DNA of 64,000 nt, taken from the NCBI GenBank assembly GCA_041484665.1, contig JBGPIA010000008.1, forward strand, positions 96,001-160,000, in the 5' to 3' direction. The translations under genes and the position numbers were made by a program. Position 1 is the stretch's first letter. The number at the start of each line of letters is the position of its first letter. Of this stretch, positions 47,392 to 56,399 are shown piece after piece. This DNA is from Candidatus Krumholzibacteriia bacterium. Lineage in GTDB: Bacteria > Krumholzibacteriota > Krumholzibacteriia > JAJRXK01. A model generated the notes under the pieces. The model ran no database searches. It saw only the letters and a list, made by a program, of their open reading frames with translations, and was not told where the DNA came from.

Positions 47392-50135
47392 CGCTGCTCT
47401 GGCTCGCCGCACTACTGGTTGCCGTGGGCTGGGTGGAGCTCTTGCCCACCGTCGGAGCGCCACGCACGTCGCTGGGCGTGGTGGAAATCGTGTGCGCTGC
47501 GGCTGCCACGGGCGTCGCGCTGCGGCGCGTGCGCGTGCGTCTGCGGGCTCGGACGCGCCTGCTGCTGATCGCGGCCGGGATCGCGGCCATCGCCGTGCTC
47601 CCCTTCCCCTATGGCCTGGGGCTGTTCCTGGTGGCCCTGGCCAGCGGGCTGCTTTGGCTGCCAGCGCCGCGGCCGCCCGCGCTGCTGCAAGGCGCGATCG
47701 CGGCGCTGGGAGGCGTCGGGCTCGCGCTGGCCGTCCTGGGAGCGCTCAGCCCCGTCTACTTCCTGGTGGCCGCCCGCGTCCACGAGCTGGGACCGCTCAC
47801 CTATCCGGTGAGCTGGGCGCTGCGGCTGCTGGCGCAGCACGCCAGCGCGGATCCACCGTTCGTGCACCTGGGGGCGGTCGGCGGAGTCGTGACCTTCGAC
47901 GTGAGCCTGGAGAAGCTGGGCGGCTACCCGCTGTTGTGCTTCGTGGCCGTCGCCGCGTTGCTGGTTTTCCTGGCCGGAGGGCGCCGCTCGTGGAGCGCGC
48001 TGTTCGCCCTGCTCGGGCTGGGAGCGATCTACGGGCTGCTGCGCCTGCTGCTGCTGTCGCTGCTGCAGCAGGGAGGCGAAATCCCCGAGATCTACTACAA
48101 CCGCGTCTGGGACTGCGGAGGGCTGGCCGTGCTCTGCGGCTTCTGCGTGCTCGCGCTCGTCGTGCGCGGGGGCGCCGTGGTGGATGCGCAGACGGTGGGT
48201 GAGCAGGGAGCGCCGGCAGCCTCGGGCGGACCGGCCGCCGCGGCGAGGCGTCCGGATCGCGAGCTCACGTTGGCGCTGTTATCGGCCGCCCTGGCGCTGG
48301 CCGTGGTCGGCGCCTACGGCTACCAGGACCCTGGCCATCCGAAGCGCGGCCGCGTCATGATCGATGAGGCCCACTCCAACTGGGAGTGGAGCACGATTGC
48401 ACTGGATACCGAGTCCTACGGTGTGCAGACGGTCTACAACTACTCGGAAATGATGCGCTACTTCGGCCATTACTACGAGGACATCACCAACTTCGACAGT
48501 CTCACGACCGACGTGCTGGCCAAGACGGACGTGCTGATCCTCAAGACCCCCACGCGTCCCTACGCGGAGGCCGAGGTCGACGCCATCGTGCGCTTCGTCG
48601 AGCAAGGCGGCGGTCTGTGGTTGGTGGGCGACCACACGAACATCTTCGGGATGAGCAGCAACCTCAATCGCGTCGCGCGGCGCTTCGGCATGCGCTACAA
48701 CTACAATGCGGTGGTTGACCTGCTGACGCGCGGCCGCCAGCTCTATCTGCACCCGCGCCTGCTGGCGCATCCCGCCGTGATCAACATGCCGCCGCTGCTG
48801 CTGGCGACCTCCTGCAGCATGCAGGCGCCACTGAGCAGCCGCGACGTGATGATCGGGCAGTCCCTGCTCGCCGATCAGCTCGACTACTCGCAGAACACGT
48901 TCTTCGGCAACTTCGCCCCCGACCCGTTCGAGCCGTTCGGCACGATCCTGCAATCGGCGGCGACGACGCGCGGGAAGGGACGCGTGCTGCTGTTCAGCGA
49001 CAGCACGGTTTTCAGCAACTTCTTCATGTTCATCCAGGGCAAGGCGGAGCTGGCGCTGGGCAGCGTGGCGTGGCTGATGCGGGAGAACCACACCACCTGG
49101 GTGCCGCCCTTCCTGGCCGCGTGCGCGTTGCTGTTGGCCATCGCGGCGGCGACGCTCGCGGCACGCTTGAACCGCCTGCGCGCGCTAACGGCCGCGCTGG
49201 GTCCGGGAGCGCTCGCGTTCATCGTGGGCGCGCTGCTGCTCACCGCCCAGACCAAGCGCGCCTACCCCCTGCCCTCGCCCCACCAGGAGCCGCCGTGGAT
49301 CGCCTTCGAGCGGGGGCACTGCTCCTACGGGCTGCCCGAGACCCATGAGATCCCCGACAACTCGGCGGAGAGCCATCAGACCTTCTACGTGTGGACGGGG
49401 CGCGTAGGCTACATGCCGTTCACGGCACCGCTGGCGCAGTGCCTGCAGCGGGCGCGGATCCTCGTGCTGGTCAACCCACGCGATCCGTTCGATACAGCCA
49501 GCCGCGACGCAATCGAGCGGTTCGTGCGGGACGGGGGCCGCCTCCTGGTGTTCGACTCCCCGCATGTCGGGCAGGTGCAGATCCGCGAGCACGGTCAAGA
49601 GCGTAGCGCAACCATCGGGACGACGGCCAATGACCTGTTGCCCGCCTTTGGGATCCGCATGCTCGGGGCCGAGGTCGACTCGGTGGTGGCGATCAGCACC
49701 GCGACCAAGGACTCGGTGACCATGCTCTACCACGTGGGCGCGCTGGAGGGCGGCACACCGTTGCTGACTCGTCCCGACGGAACCCCGATCCTCGTGGTGG
49801 CCGATCACGGCCGGGGAAAGGTCGCGGCCATCTGCGCCTCGGACAGCTTCACCGACGCGGTGCTGGGCACCACGTCGCAAATCCCCTCGCCGGAGCAGCT
49901 CGCGCTCTATCGGATCGAGTTCTCGCTGCTGGACGACGTGCTGCGCCCGCCAGACGTGCCGCGCCCGGTGCGCACGCCACCGCCAGTGCGGCCGTCCTCG
50001 TCCGCGCGTACGTCGTTCGCGCCGGCTGGCGCGCCGGCTGGCGCGCCAGCCGCCACGCCCGGCACCACGCCCACCCCCGTCCCGTCCGGGCCCAACGCGC
50101 CTGCAGCGCGGATCCCCGCCCAGACACCACGGTAG
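47388..50135 (+). CDS. polytopic membrane protein with exosortase-like segment and two GldG/GIFT(DUF4350)-like domains (paralog B)
   Basis: GTGA overlap with paralog A; IDEAHSNWE...TDVLILKTP...FVEQGGGLWLVGDHT...GKGRVLLFSDS; 2 TM segments; FERGH...FVRDGGRLLV...GRGKV. Confidence 0.8.
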   Translation: MTLLWLAALLVAVGWVELLPTVGAPRTSLGVVEIVCAAAATGVALRRVRVRLRARTRLLLIAAGIAAIAVLPFPYGLGLFLVALASGLLWLPAPRPPALLQGAIAALGGVGLALAVLGALSPVYFLVAARVHELGPLTYPVSWALRLLAQHASADPPFVHLGAVGGVVTFDVSLEKLGGYPLLCFVAVAALLVFLAGGRRSWSALFALLGLGAIYGLLRLLLLSLLQQGGEIPEIYYNRVWDCGGLAVLCGFCVLALVVRGGAVVDAQTVGEQGAPAASGGPAAAARRPDRELTLALLSAALALAVVGAYGYQDPGHPKRGRVMIDEAHSNWEWSTIALDTESYGVQTVYNYSEMMRYFGHYYEDITNFDSLTTDVLAKTDVLILKTPTRPYAEAEVDAIVRFVEQGGGLWLVGDHTNIFGMSSNLNRVARRFGMRYNYNAVVDLLTRGRQLYLHPRLLAHPAVINMPPLLLATSCSMQAPLSSRDVMIGQSLLADQLDYSQNTFFGNFAPDPFEPFGTILQSAATTRGKGRVLLFSDSTVFSNFFMFIQGKAELALGSVAWLMRENHTTWVPPFLAACALLLAIAAATLAARLNRLRALTAALGPGALAFIVGALLLTAQTKRAYPLPSPHQEPPWIAFERGHCSYGLPETHEIPDNSAESHQTFYVWTGRVGYMPFTAPLAQCLQRARILVLVNPRDPFDTASRDAIERFVRDGGRLLVFDSPHVGQVQIREHGQERSATIGTTANDLLPAFGIRMLGAEVDSVVAISTATKDSVTMLYHVGALEGGTPLLTRPDGTPILVVADHGRGKVAAICASDSFTDAVLGTTSQIPSPEQLALYRIEFSLLDDVLRPPDVPRPVRTPPPVRPSSSARTSFAPAGAPAGAPAATPGTTPTPVPSGPNAPAARIPAQTPR

Positions 50136-51958
50136 GGCAGCGCGCCCTGCAGCGGCCCCGCGCCGGCAACGGCGCGCTCGATCAGCATGCGCCATGCACG
50201 GCGCGCATCGCGCAGGGCACAGGCCGCCTCGGCCGCGGTGGCGGGCAGGACCGCGATGGTGCGGCTGCGATGGTAGCAACCGTCGCCGAACGCGGCGCCC
50301 ATCGGCCAGCACAGCGCGCCCGGCGCGCAGCTCCAGTGCCGCGGTACTCCCCAGGCACGCTCGTCCTGCGGCAGGATCACGCGCAGCGCCACGTCGATCG
50401 ACGCGTCCCAGGGTGTGGCCGTGAGGCCCCGGCCGGTGGACTCCACACGCGTCCAGCGCCCGGGCGCCAGCCGCGCCTCCACCACGAAGTGCTCCTGCGT
50501 TGCCGCGTCCACGGGAATTACGGAAAGCAGCCGCGCCGGGATGCCCCGGGCGCGCAGCAGCGCTGCGAGCAGGTTGGCGTGACCGGTGCAGACGCCGAAG
50601 CCGCGCCGCAGCGTCGAGAGCGCATCCTGATTGCCCAGCGGCCGGATCGCGATCGCGCAGCGCTTGAAGGACTCGGCGGCGCGCGCGACGGTCGCCGGCG
50701 GGGCCCCCGCCGGCGCCAGCGATCGCGCCGCGGCAACGATCTCCGGCGCGCCGGACTGGATCGCGGGCGAGGGCGCGCTCCAGCAGGCGTCGTCGTCCAG
50801 CGGGAGGTCAGCCGGCAGGATCGGCGCCCCCTGCGCCAGCACGACCTGCTCCTCCCAGTACACAAAGAGCAGAGTGTCCTGCGGCTCGGTCGAGAGCTCC
50901 ACGTGCACGGAAGCGTTGCCGCGCTCCTCGAGCAGCCGGAACGAGAGGATGCGGTCCGCGGGCTGTGTGCGCAGCGCCAGCCGCAGAGGCGCTTGGTGTT
51001 GCTCGATGGGAGGAACGGCGAATCGCAGCCATGATCGGCCCGCGGACGACGCCGGGCGCAGCACGTACGCGCCCTCGGCGAGAACGATTTGCAGCCGCGC
51101 CTGGGGCGCTGACCGAATCGCCGCGCCCACCGACTCATCCGCTGCCTCGCCCGGCTCCGCCCGCGGCGCGCGCGCTACGGCGTCCGGTCCAGCGGACCGG
51201 CCGTAGGGATCGAGCCGCCAGGGCGGGCCCGCCACATCGCTCGCACGCGCGAGCTGCAGCGCGCGAAAGCTGGCCGCGCCGGAGCCGTAGAGCCCAGCGC
51301 GCACCAGCACGGTCTGTGTCCCAGCGGGGAGGACCAGCGAGCGCTCGAAACGGCGCCACGGCTGCGTGCCGCCCAGGTCGCCGGCGGCGCGTAGCGGGAA
51401 GCGCGCCAGCTCGCGATCCTGGGCGAAGCACTGCAGCACGACGTTGGCGGCGACCGCTTCAGCCGTCGCCATCCAGCCGCCCAGCAGCAGGCGATCGCCC
51501 GCGCGCACACCCTCCACCCGCTGTGTCCAGGAGCGGAGGTAGCCCTGATCCGGCCGGGCAACGACGATGCTGGCGACGCCGTCCTCGATCGCGAAGCGTG
51601 CCCGCGGCGCGCGGCGGGGCTCGGCAGCCGCCTGCGCCGGCGCCACCCGGCCCAAGTCGGCAAGCGCGCGCGTGTGCGTCGCGCCAACCGAGTCAGCGGC
51701 CGCGGGCCCCGGCGGCACGCGCTGCGAATCGGCGGGCGCGACCGCGCGCGAGCGACCCACCGCGCGCCAGGCGATGGGTTGGCCCTGCTCCAGCTGCGTG
51801 AAGTCACCGTTGCGCAGCAGGTTCTGTGGCGCGCGCGCCCACGACGCAGGGGCCGCCGCGCACGACCCGGTGCGGGATCTCCCGACGGGCGGCGCGCCAG
51901 GCGCCGCACACGACGCCACGCACGCGAGCGCCACCGCTGCAATCCGCCCAGCGCTCAC
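49907..51958 (-). CDS. transglutaminase-like domain lipoprotein with N-terminal CBM-like jelly-roll
   Basis: VASC lipobox; NLLRNGDF...W; GVCTGHANLLAALLRARGIPAR...H..VEA...W..VEST. Confidence 0.8.
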   Translation of the reverse strand: MSAGRIAAVALACVASCAAPGAPPVGRSRTGSCAAAPASWARAPQNLLRNGDFTQLEQGQPIAWRAVGRSRAVAPADSQRVPPGPAAADSVGATHTRALADLGRVAPAQAAAEPRRAPRARFAIEDGVASIVVARPDQGYLRSWTQRVEGVRAGDRLLLGGWMATAEAVAANVVLQCFAQDRELARFPLRAAGDLGGTQPWRRFERSLVLPAGTQTVLVRAGLYGSGAASFRALQLARASDVAGPPWRLDPYGRSAGPDAVARAPRAEPGEAADESVGAAIRSAPQARLQIVLAEGAYVLRPASSAGRSWLRFAVPPIEQHQAPLRLALRTQPADRILSFRLLEERGNASVHVELSTEPQDTLLFVYWEEQVVLAQGAPILPADLPLDDDACWSAPSPAIQSGAPEIVAAARSLAPAGAPPATVARAAESFKRCAIAIRPLGNQDALSTLRRGFGVCTGHANLLAALLRARGIPARLLSVIPVDAATQEHFVVEARLAPGRWTRVESTGRGLTATPWDASIDVALRVILPQDERAWGVPRHWSCAPGALCWPMGAAFGDGCYHRSRTIAVLPATAAEAACALRDARRAWRMLIERAVAGAGPLQGALPYRGVWAGIRAAGALGPDGTGVGVVPGVAAGAPAGAPAGANDVRADEDGRTGGGVRTGRGTSGGRSTSSSSENSIR

Positions 51959-53085
51959 GGCGTGATCCCGTGGTCCTTCAGCCACCCCTGCCACAGCGCG
52001 CGCACGGAGTCAGGGACCGCGGCCCGAGCCGCCCCGCTCCGGCGCGCCAGCGCGGACCAGGGCGCCGCGCCCACGGGCAGGCTGTCGCAGGGGCTGCGGA
52101 CGAGCAAGGGCTGCAGCCCGTCCTGCGAGGTGAGTGCGCCAGGATCGGCCTCGCAGTTGCCGTCGACCTCGATCGCCGGCGGTTTGCATGCGCCGCCCGC
52201 GGCACCGCCTTCGTTCTGCCACACGAGATTGCGGTGCAGCACCGCCGGCTTCTGCTCTCCAAGCAGGTAGACGGCGGCGCCCTTGCGGCTGCGGGCGATC
52301 ACGTTGTCCCGGATCAGCGCCGGCGAATCGTCCAGGTAGATTCCGCCGCCGCTGCTGGTGGCCGCGTTGCCGATCATCGTGTTGCCGATGATCACCGGAG
52401 TCGAGACGTGCGCCAGGACCGCCCCGCCCGACACGGCGTCGTTGTCGACGATGAGGTTGTTGTAGACGAGCGGCGCGCACCGCGCGTAGGCGGCCACGGC
52501 TCCGCCCAGGTATCCCTCGGCGCGCCGCATCACGTTGCAGGCGATCACCGCGTTGCTGCCATGGTTCATGTACACGCAGGGGCCCAGGTAGCCCAGGTGG
52601 TCCTGGATGATATTGAAAACCACGAGGGGGCTGGAGCCCTCCAGATAGATGCCGCCGCCGCCCGAGTTGGGGTGGTCCCGGCGGCCGTGCTGGAGCGTGA
52701 AGCCCTGGATGAGGGTGGAGGCGTCGAGCTGCTGGCCGAACAGCACGTAGCGATCTCCCGCCGCATCGAGGATGGTCGAGTCAGCGCCGGAGGCGCTCAT
52801 CAGCGCGACACCTGACTTGAGCGTGACCGTCTTCTCATAGCGCCCCAGTCCCACCAAAACCGTATCGCCCGCGGCAGCGGCCGCCATCGCCGTCTGGATG
52901 GTCGGTGCCGCGTTCCGCCATGTCGCAAACGGGGGAGCGCCGTGACCGTCGGGGCGCACGTGCAGCACAGCCGCCGCCGCGACACCCGCGCACAGCGACG
53001 CCGCAACGACGAGCGGGAGCAACCGGACACGCAGCACCAACGACCGGTGCCGGATCGCCGCGAGCGGGACCTGTAGACGCTTCAT
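51955..53085 (-). CDS. secreted right-handed parallel beta-helix repeat protein
   Basis: Signal peptide; TIQTA...GDTVLV..G.Y; IQGFTL; repeated GGGIY/GGAV...N.I..N. Confidence 0.85.
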   Translation of the reverse strand: MKRLQVPLAAIRHRSLVLRVRLLPLVVAASLCAGVAAAAVLHVRPDGHGAPPFATWRNAAPTIQTAMAAAAAGDTVLVGLGRYEKTVTLKSGVALMSASGADSTILDAAGDRYVLFGQQLDASTLIQGFTLQHGRRDHPNSGGGGIYLEGSSPLVVFNIIQDHLGYLGPCVYMNHGSNAVIACNVMRRAEGYLGGAVAAYARCAPLVYNNLIVDNDAVSGGAVLAHVSTPVIIGNTMIGNAATSSGGGIYLDDSPALIRDNVIARSRKGAAVYLLGEQKPAVLHRNLVWQNEGGAAGGACKPPAIEVDGNCEADPGALTSQDGLQPLLVRSPCDSLPVGAAPWSALARRSGAARAAVPDSVRALWQGWLKDHGITP

Positions 53086-53257
53086 CGATCTCCCCGGGGG
53101 GTGCGGATCGTATCAACCTAACGCAGCGGGCGGTGACGATCCAGGCTGCCAGCAGGCGAGGAGCGTCCAGCGCCCGCCGCACTCCACCCTATGGTACGAT
53201 TGTGGACGGCTTCCAGCCCTGCCATCGCCCACCCCTGAGCTCCCCGGAGGTCCCTCC

Positions 53258-53485
53258 ATGCCCAGGAGGCTGTGCCCGCTTGCCCCGTTCCTGCTCGTTT
53301 CCTTGCTGTGCGCGGCGCGCGCGTGGGGTGACGTCCAGGCGCCGGTGAGCACTCGGCTTCCGCGCCAGCCACCGCCGCCGCAGGCCGGCCAGTGGTTCCA
53401 GCAGCCGATGTCGGCTGCGGCGAGCGGCGCTTCGCGGTGGACCCATTCCGCGCGGCCGGTGCGCAACATGGTCCTGCTGCGCTGA
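53258..53485 (+). CDS. small exported hypothetical protein (75 aa)
   Basis: GGAGG RBS, signal peptide (ARAWG-D), upstream TGGTACGAT extended -10 at ~53192-53200. Confidence 0.45.
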   Translation: MPRRLCPLAPFLLVSLLCAARAWGDVQAPVSTRLPRQPPPPQAGQWFQQPMSAAASGASRWTHSARPVRNMVLLR

Positions 53486-53513
53486 GGTGCCCGTGTGGAA
53501 CCTGCAGCGGGAG

Positions 53514-54380
53514 ATGCGCGGCTTGAAGGCAGTTCTGCTCGATCTCGACGGCGTACTCTACGACGGGGAGCGCCCGATCCCGCAGGCAGCGCCCGCCGTG
53601 GCGTGGCTGCGCGCGCAGGCCATCCCGCATCTGTTCGTGACCAACACGACATCGCGCCCGCGCGCTGCCCTGGTCGCCAAGCTGGCGGCGCTGGGCATCC
53701 CTGCCGACGTCGAGCGGGTCGCCACGCCCGCGGTCGCCGCCGCGCGTTGGTTGCGCGAGCGATTGGCGCGCGTCTGTGCGACTTCGCGCGCGGACACCAC
53801 GCACTCCAGCGCCGCGCCAGCCGCCGTGGCGCTGTTCGTCCCGGCAGCGACGCGGGCCGAGTTCGCTGGATTGCCGGTGCTGGACGATGCGGCCGAGTCG
53901 GGTGCGGGATTCGTGGTCGTCGGGGACCTGGGCGACGAGTGGGACTTTGCACGTCTGAACCGCGCATTCCGCTTGCTGATCTCCAACGCGCAGGCGCAGC
54001 TGATCGCGCTGGGCATGACGCGCTACTGGCGCGCGAAGGACGGGCTGCGCCTGGATGTTGCCCCGTTCGTGACCGCGCTGGAGCACGCCACGGGTCGCGC
54101 TCCCATCGTGCTGGGCAAGCCGGCGGCGGAGTTCTACCGGTCCGCGCTTGCGCAGTTGCGCGTGCCGGTGGCCGAGGCGGCCGACGTCGCGAGGATCGCG
54201 ATGGTGGGCGATGACGTGCTCGTGGACGTGGCGGCGGCGCAACAGGTCGGGATGCGCGAGATTCTCGTGCGTACAGGCAAGTTCGAACCCGCCGACCTGC
54301 AGCGCGGCGTCGCGCCCGACGCCGTGCTCGACTCGATCGGGGACCTGCCCGCGTGGTGGCAGCAGCAGACGCGGCGCTGA
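53514..54380 (+). CDS. HAD subfamily IIA hydrolase (LHPP/HDHD2-like)
   Basis: DLDGVLY, VTNTT, GKP, MVGDDV..DV, VRTGKF. Confidence 0.9.
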   Translation: MRGLKAVLLDLDGVLYDGERPIPQAAPAVAWLRAQAIPHLFVTNTTSRPRAALVAKLAALGIPADVERVATPAVAAARWLRERLARVCATSRADTTHSSAAPAAVALFVPAATRAEFAGLPVLDDAAESGAGFVVVGDLGDEWDFARLNRAFRLLISNAQAQLIALGMTRYWRAKDGLRLDVAPFVTALEHATGRAPIVLGKPAAEFYRSALAQLRVPVAEAADVARIAMVGDDVLVDVAAAQQVGMREILVRTGKFEPADLQRGVAPDAVLDSIGDLPAWWQQQTRR

Positions 54381-54507
54381 GTCGGCCACGGCCGACGCTC
54401 ACCCAGCCGTCGTCGATCTCTCCCGCCTGATCGTTGGTCCCGGTGGTCGATCAATGCCGACCGTATTGCCTGGATCGCCGGGCAGCGCGCCGCAGGCAGC
54501 GCGCGCG

Positions 54508-54537
54508 TTGACACGCGAGCGTGGCGACCTCTATGGT
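54508..54537 (+). promoter_or_regulatory. sigma70 promoter
   Basis: TTGACA-N18-TATGGT. Confidence 0.55.
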
Positions 54538-54621
54538 CGCTCCCGGCCCCTCAACGCTTCGAGGTGAGCGGTGCTGGCAGAGGTTCAGCGGTACGCTGGT
54601 CACGGAGTCTGCCGGTGCCGG

Positions 54622-56295
54622 ATGCTGGCGGCGGCGCTGCTGCTCATCGGACTGGCTTCCCTCGCCGGCTCCATCGCGACCGACCGGCCCGCGAGCGCCG
54701 CGCTCCGCGAGCAACTGCGCGCCCAGCGGATCGCCGCGCGCGGCGCGATCCTCCAGGAGCTGCGCGCGCTGCTCTGCCTGCCCAACGTTGCGACCAACGA
54801 CGCAGACATCCGCCGCAATGCCGCGCTGCTGGTCCAGATGCTGCAGCGCAGAGATCTCTCGCCCCGCCTGCTGGAGATCGAAGGCGGCCCACCGGCGGTC
54901 TTTGGCGAGTTCACTGTCCGTGGCGCCAAGCGCACGGTCGTCTTCTACGCGCACTACGATGGCCAGCCCGTCGTTGCGTCGGAGTGGACGAGCGATCCCT
55001 GGACGCCGGTGCTGCGTGACAAGCTGCTGGAGGACGGCGGGATGGAGATCGCCTGGCCGGCCGTTGGGGCGCCTGCGACGCCGGCCCGTCGCGCCACGGG
55101 TGGCGCGACGTCGCAGGCGGGCGGCGGCACCGGCGGCCGCGACCGCGACGGGGACACCAGCGGTAGCGGCGCGAACGCTTCCGGCGCCAATGGCGCCTAC
55201 GACGACGGCGAGTACCGCCTCTACGCCCGCTCGGCCAGCGACGACAAGGGCCCGATCCTGGCGCTGCTGGCGAGCCTCGACGCGCTGCGCGCGGCCCGGA
55301 TCCAGCCGTCGGTCAACGTGAAGCTCTTTCTCGAGGGCGAGGAGGAGCAGGGCTCACCGCACCTGCACGCGCTGCTCGAGAAGCACCGCGCCATCCTCGC
55401 CGCCGATGCCTGGATCTTCTGCGATGGGCCCGTGGACCCTACACACCGCCACCAGGTCGTCTTTGGCGTGCGCGGCGTGATGGGCCTGGAGCTGACCGTC
55501 TACGGACCGGCGCGCCCATTGCACAGTGGGCACTATGGCAACTGGGCGCCCAACCCCATCGCGACGCTGGCTGACCTGCTGGCGAGCCTCCGCTCGCCCG
55601 ACGGGCGCATCTTGATCGAGGGGTTCTACGACGACGTCCTGCAGCCCACCGACGCGGAGCGGCGTGCGATCGCGGCGTTGCCCGACGCGGAGACCGGCCT
55701 GCGGCAGGAGCTCGCCTTGGGCCGTACGGAGGGCGGCGGCCAGCGGCTGCCGGCGACCCTGCTCGAGCCGGCGCTCAACTTCCGCGGGGTCCAAGCGGGT
55801 GGCGTGGGAGAGCACGCGGCGAACCAGATCCCCAGCGAGGCGCGCGCTTCCATCGACTTCCGCCTGGTGCCGAATCAGACGCCCGAGCGCGTTCGCCTGC
55901 GCGTCGAGACCTACCTGCGCGGACTGGGCTTCCACGTCGTGCACGAGGCGCCGGATGCGCAGGTGCGGTCCGCGCATCAAAACGTGGTCCTCTTGCAGTG
56001 GGAAGCGGGCTATCCCGCCTACCGCTGCGCCATGGACCTACCGGTCTCACGTGCCGTCGTGGAAATCGTGGGCGAGACTCTCGGTGAACCCGCGCTGCAG
56101 GTGCCAACGCTGGGTGGGAGCCTGCCGCTGTCGATCTTGCAGGACGTGGTGCAGGTGCCGCTGATCACCGTCCCCATCGTGAATCACGACAATCGCCAGC
56201 ACGCGGCCAACGAGAACCTGCGGCTGCAGAACCTGTGGGATGGGATCGACGTCTACGCAGCGCTGATGGCGGAGCTGGGAAAGCGCTGGAACTAG
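54622..56295 (+). CDS. M20/M25/M40 family metallopeptidase, exported
   Basis: YAHYDGQP, ARSASDDKG, EGEEE.GS, HSGHYG, QHAANEN. Confidence 0.92.
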   Translation: MLAAALLLIGLASLAGSIATDRPASAALREQLRAQRIAARGAILQELRALLCLPNVATNDADIRRNAALLVQMLQRRDLSPRLLEIEGGPPAVFGEFTVRGAKRTVVFYAHYDGQPVVASEWTSDPWTPVLRDKLLEDGGMEIAWPAVGAPATPARRATGGATSQAGGGTGGRDRDGDTSGSGANASGANGAYDDGEYRLYARSASDDKGPILALLASLDALRAARIQPSVNVKLFLEGEEEQGSPHLHALLEKHRAILAADAWIFCDGPVDPTHRHQVVFGVRGVMGLELTVYGPARPLHSGHYGNWAPNPIATLADLLASLRSPDGRILIEGFYDDVLQPTDAERRAIAALPDAETGLRQELALGRTEGGGQRLPATLLEPALNFRGVQAGGVGEHAANQIPSEARASIDFRLVPNQTPERVRLRVETYLRGLGFHVVHEAPDAQVRSAHQNVVLLQWEAGYPAYRCAMDLPVSRAVVEIVGETLGEPALQVPTLGGSLPLSILQDVVQVPLITVPIVNHDNRQHAANENLRLQNLWDGIDVYAALMAELGKRWN

Positions 56296-56399
56296 AGGAG
56301 CCTCACGCCGCGGCGCGCGCGCGTCGCGACGCGTCAGCCGGCGCCGGGGCTCGTCGCGCAGCTCGGCGCCGAGTCTGCTGTGGCGCCCGTGCTCAGACC

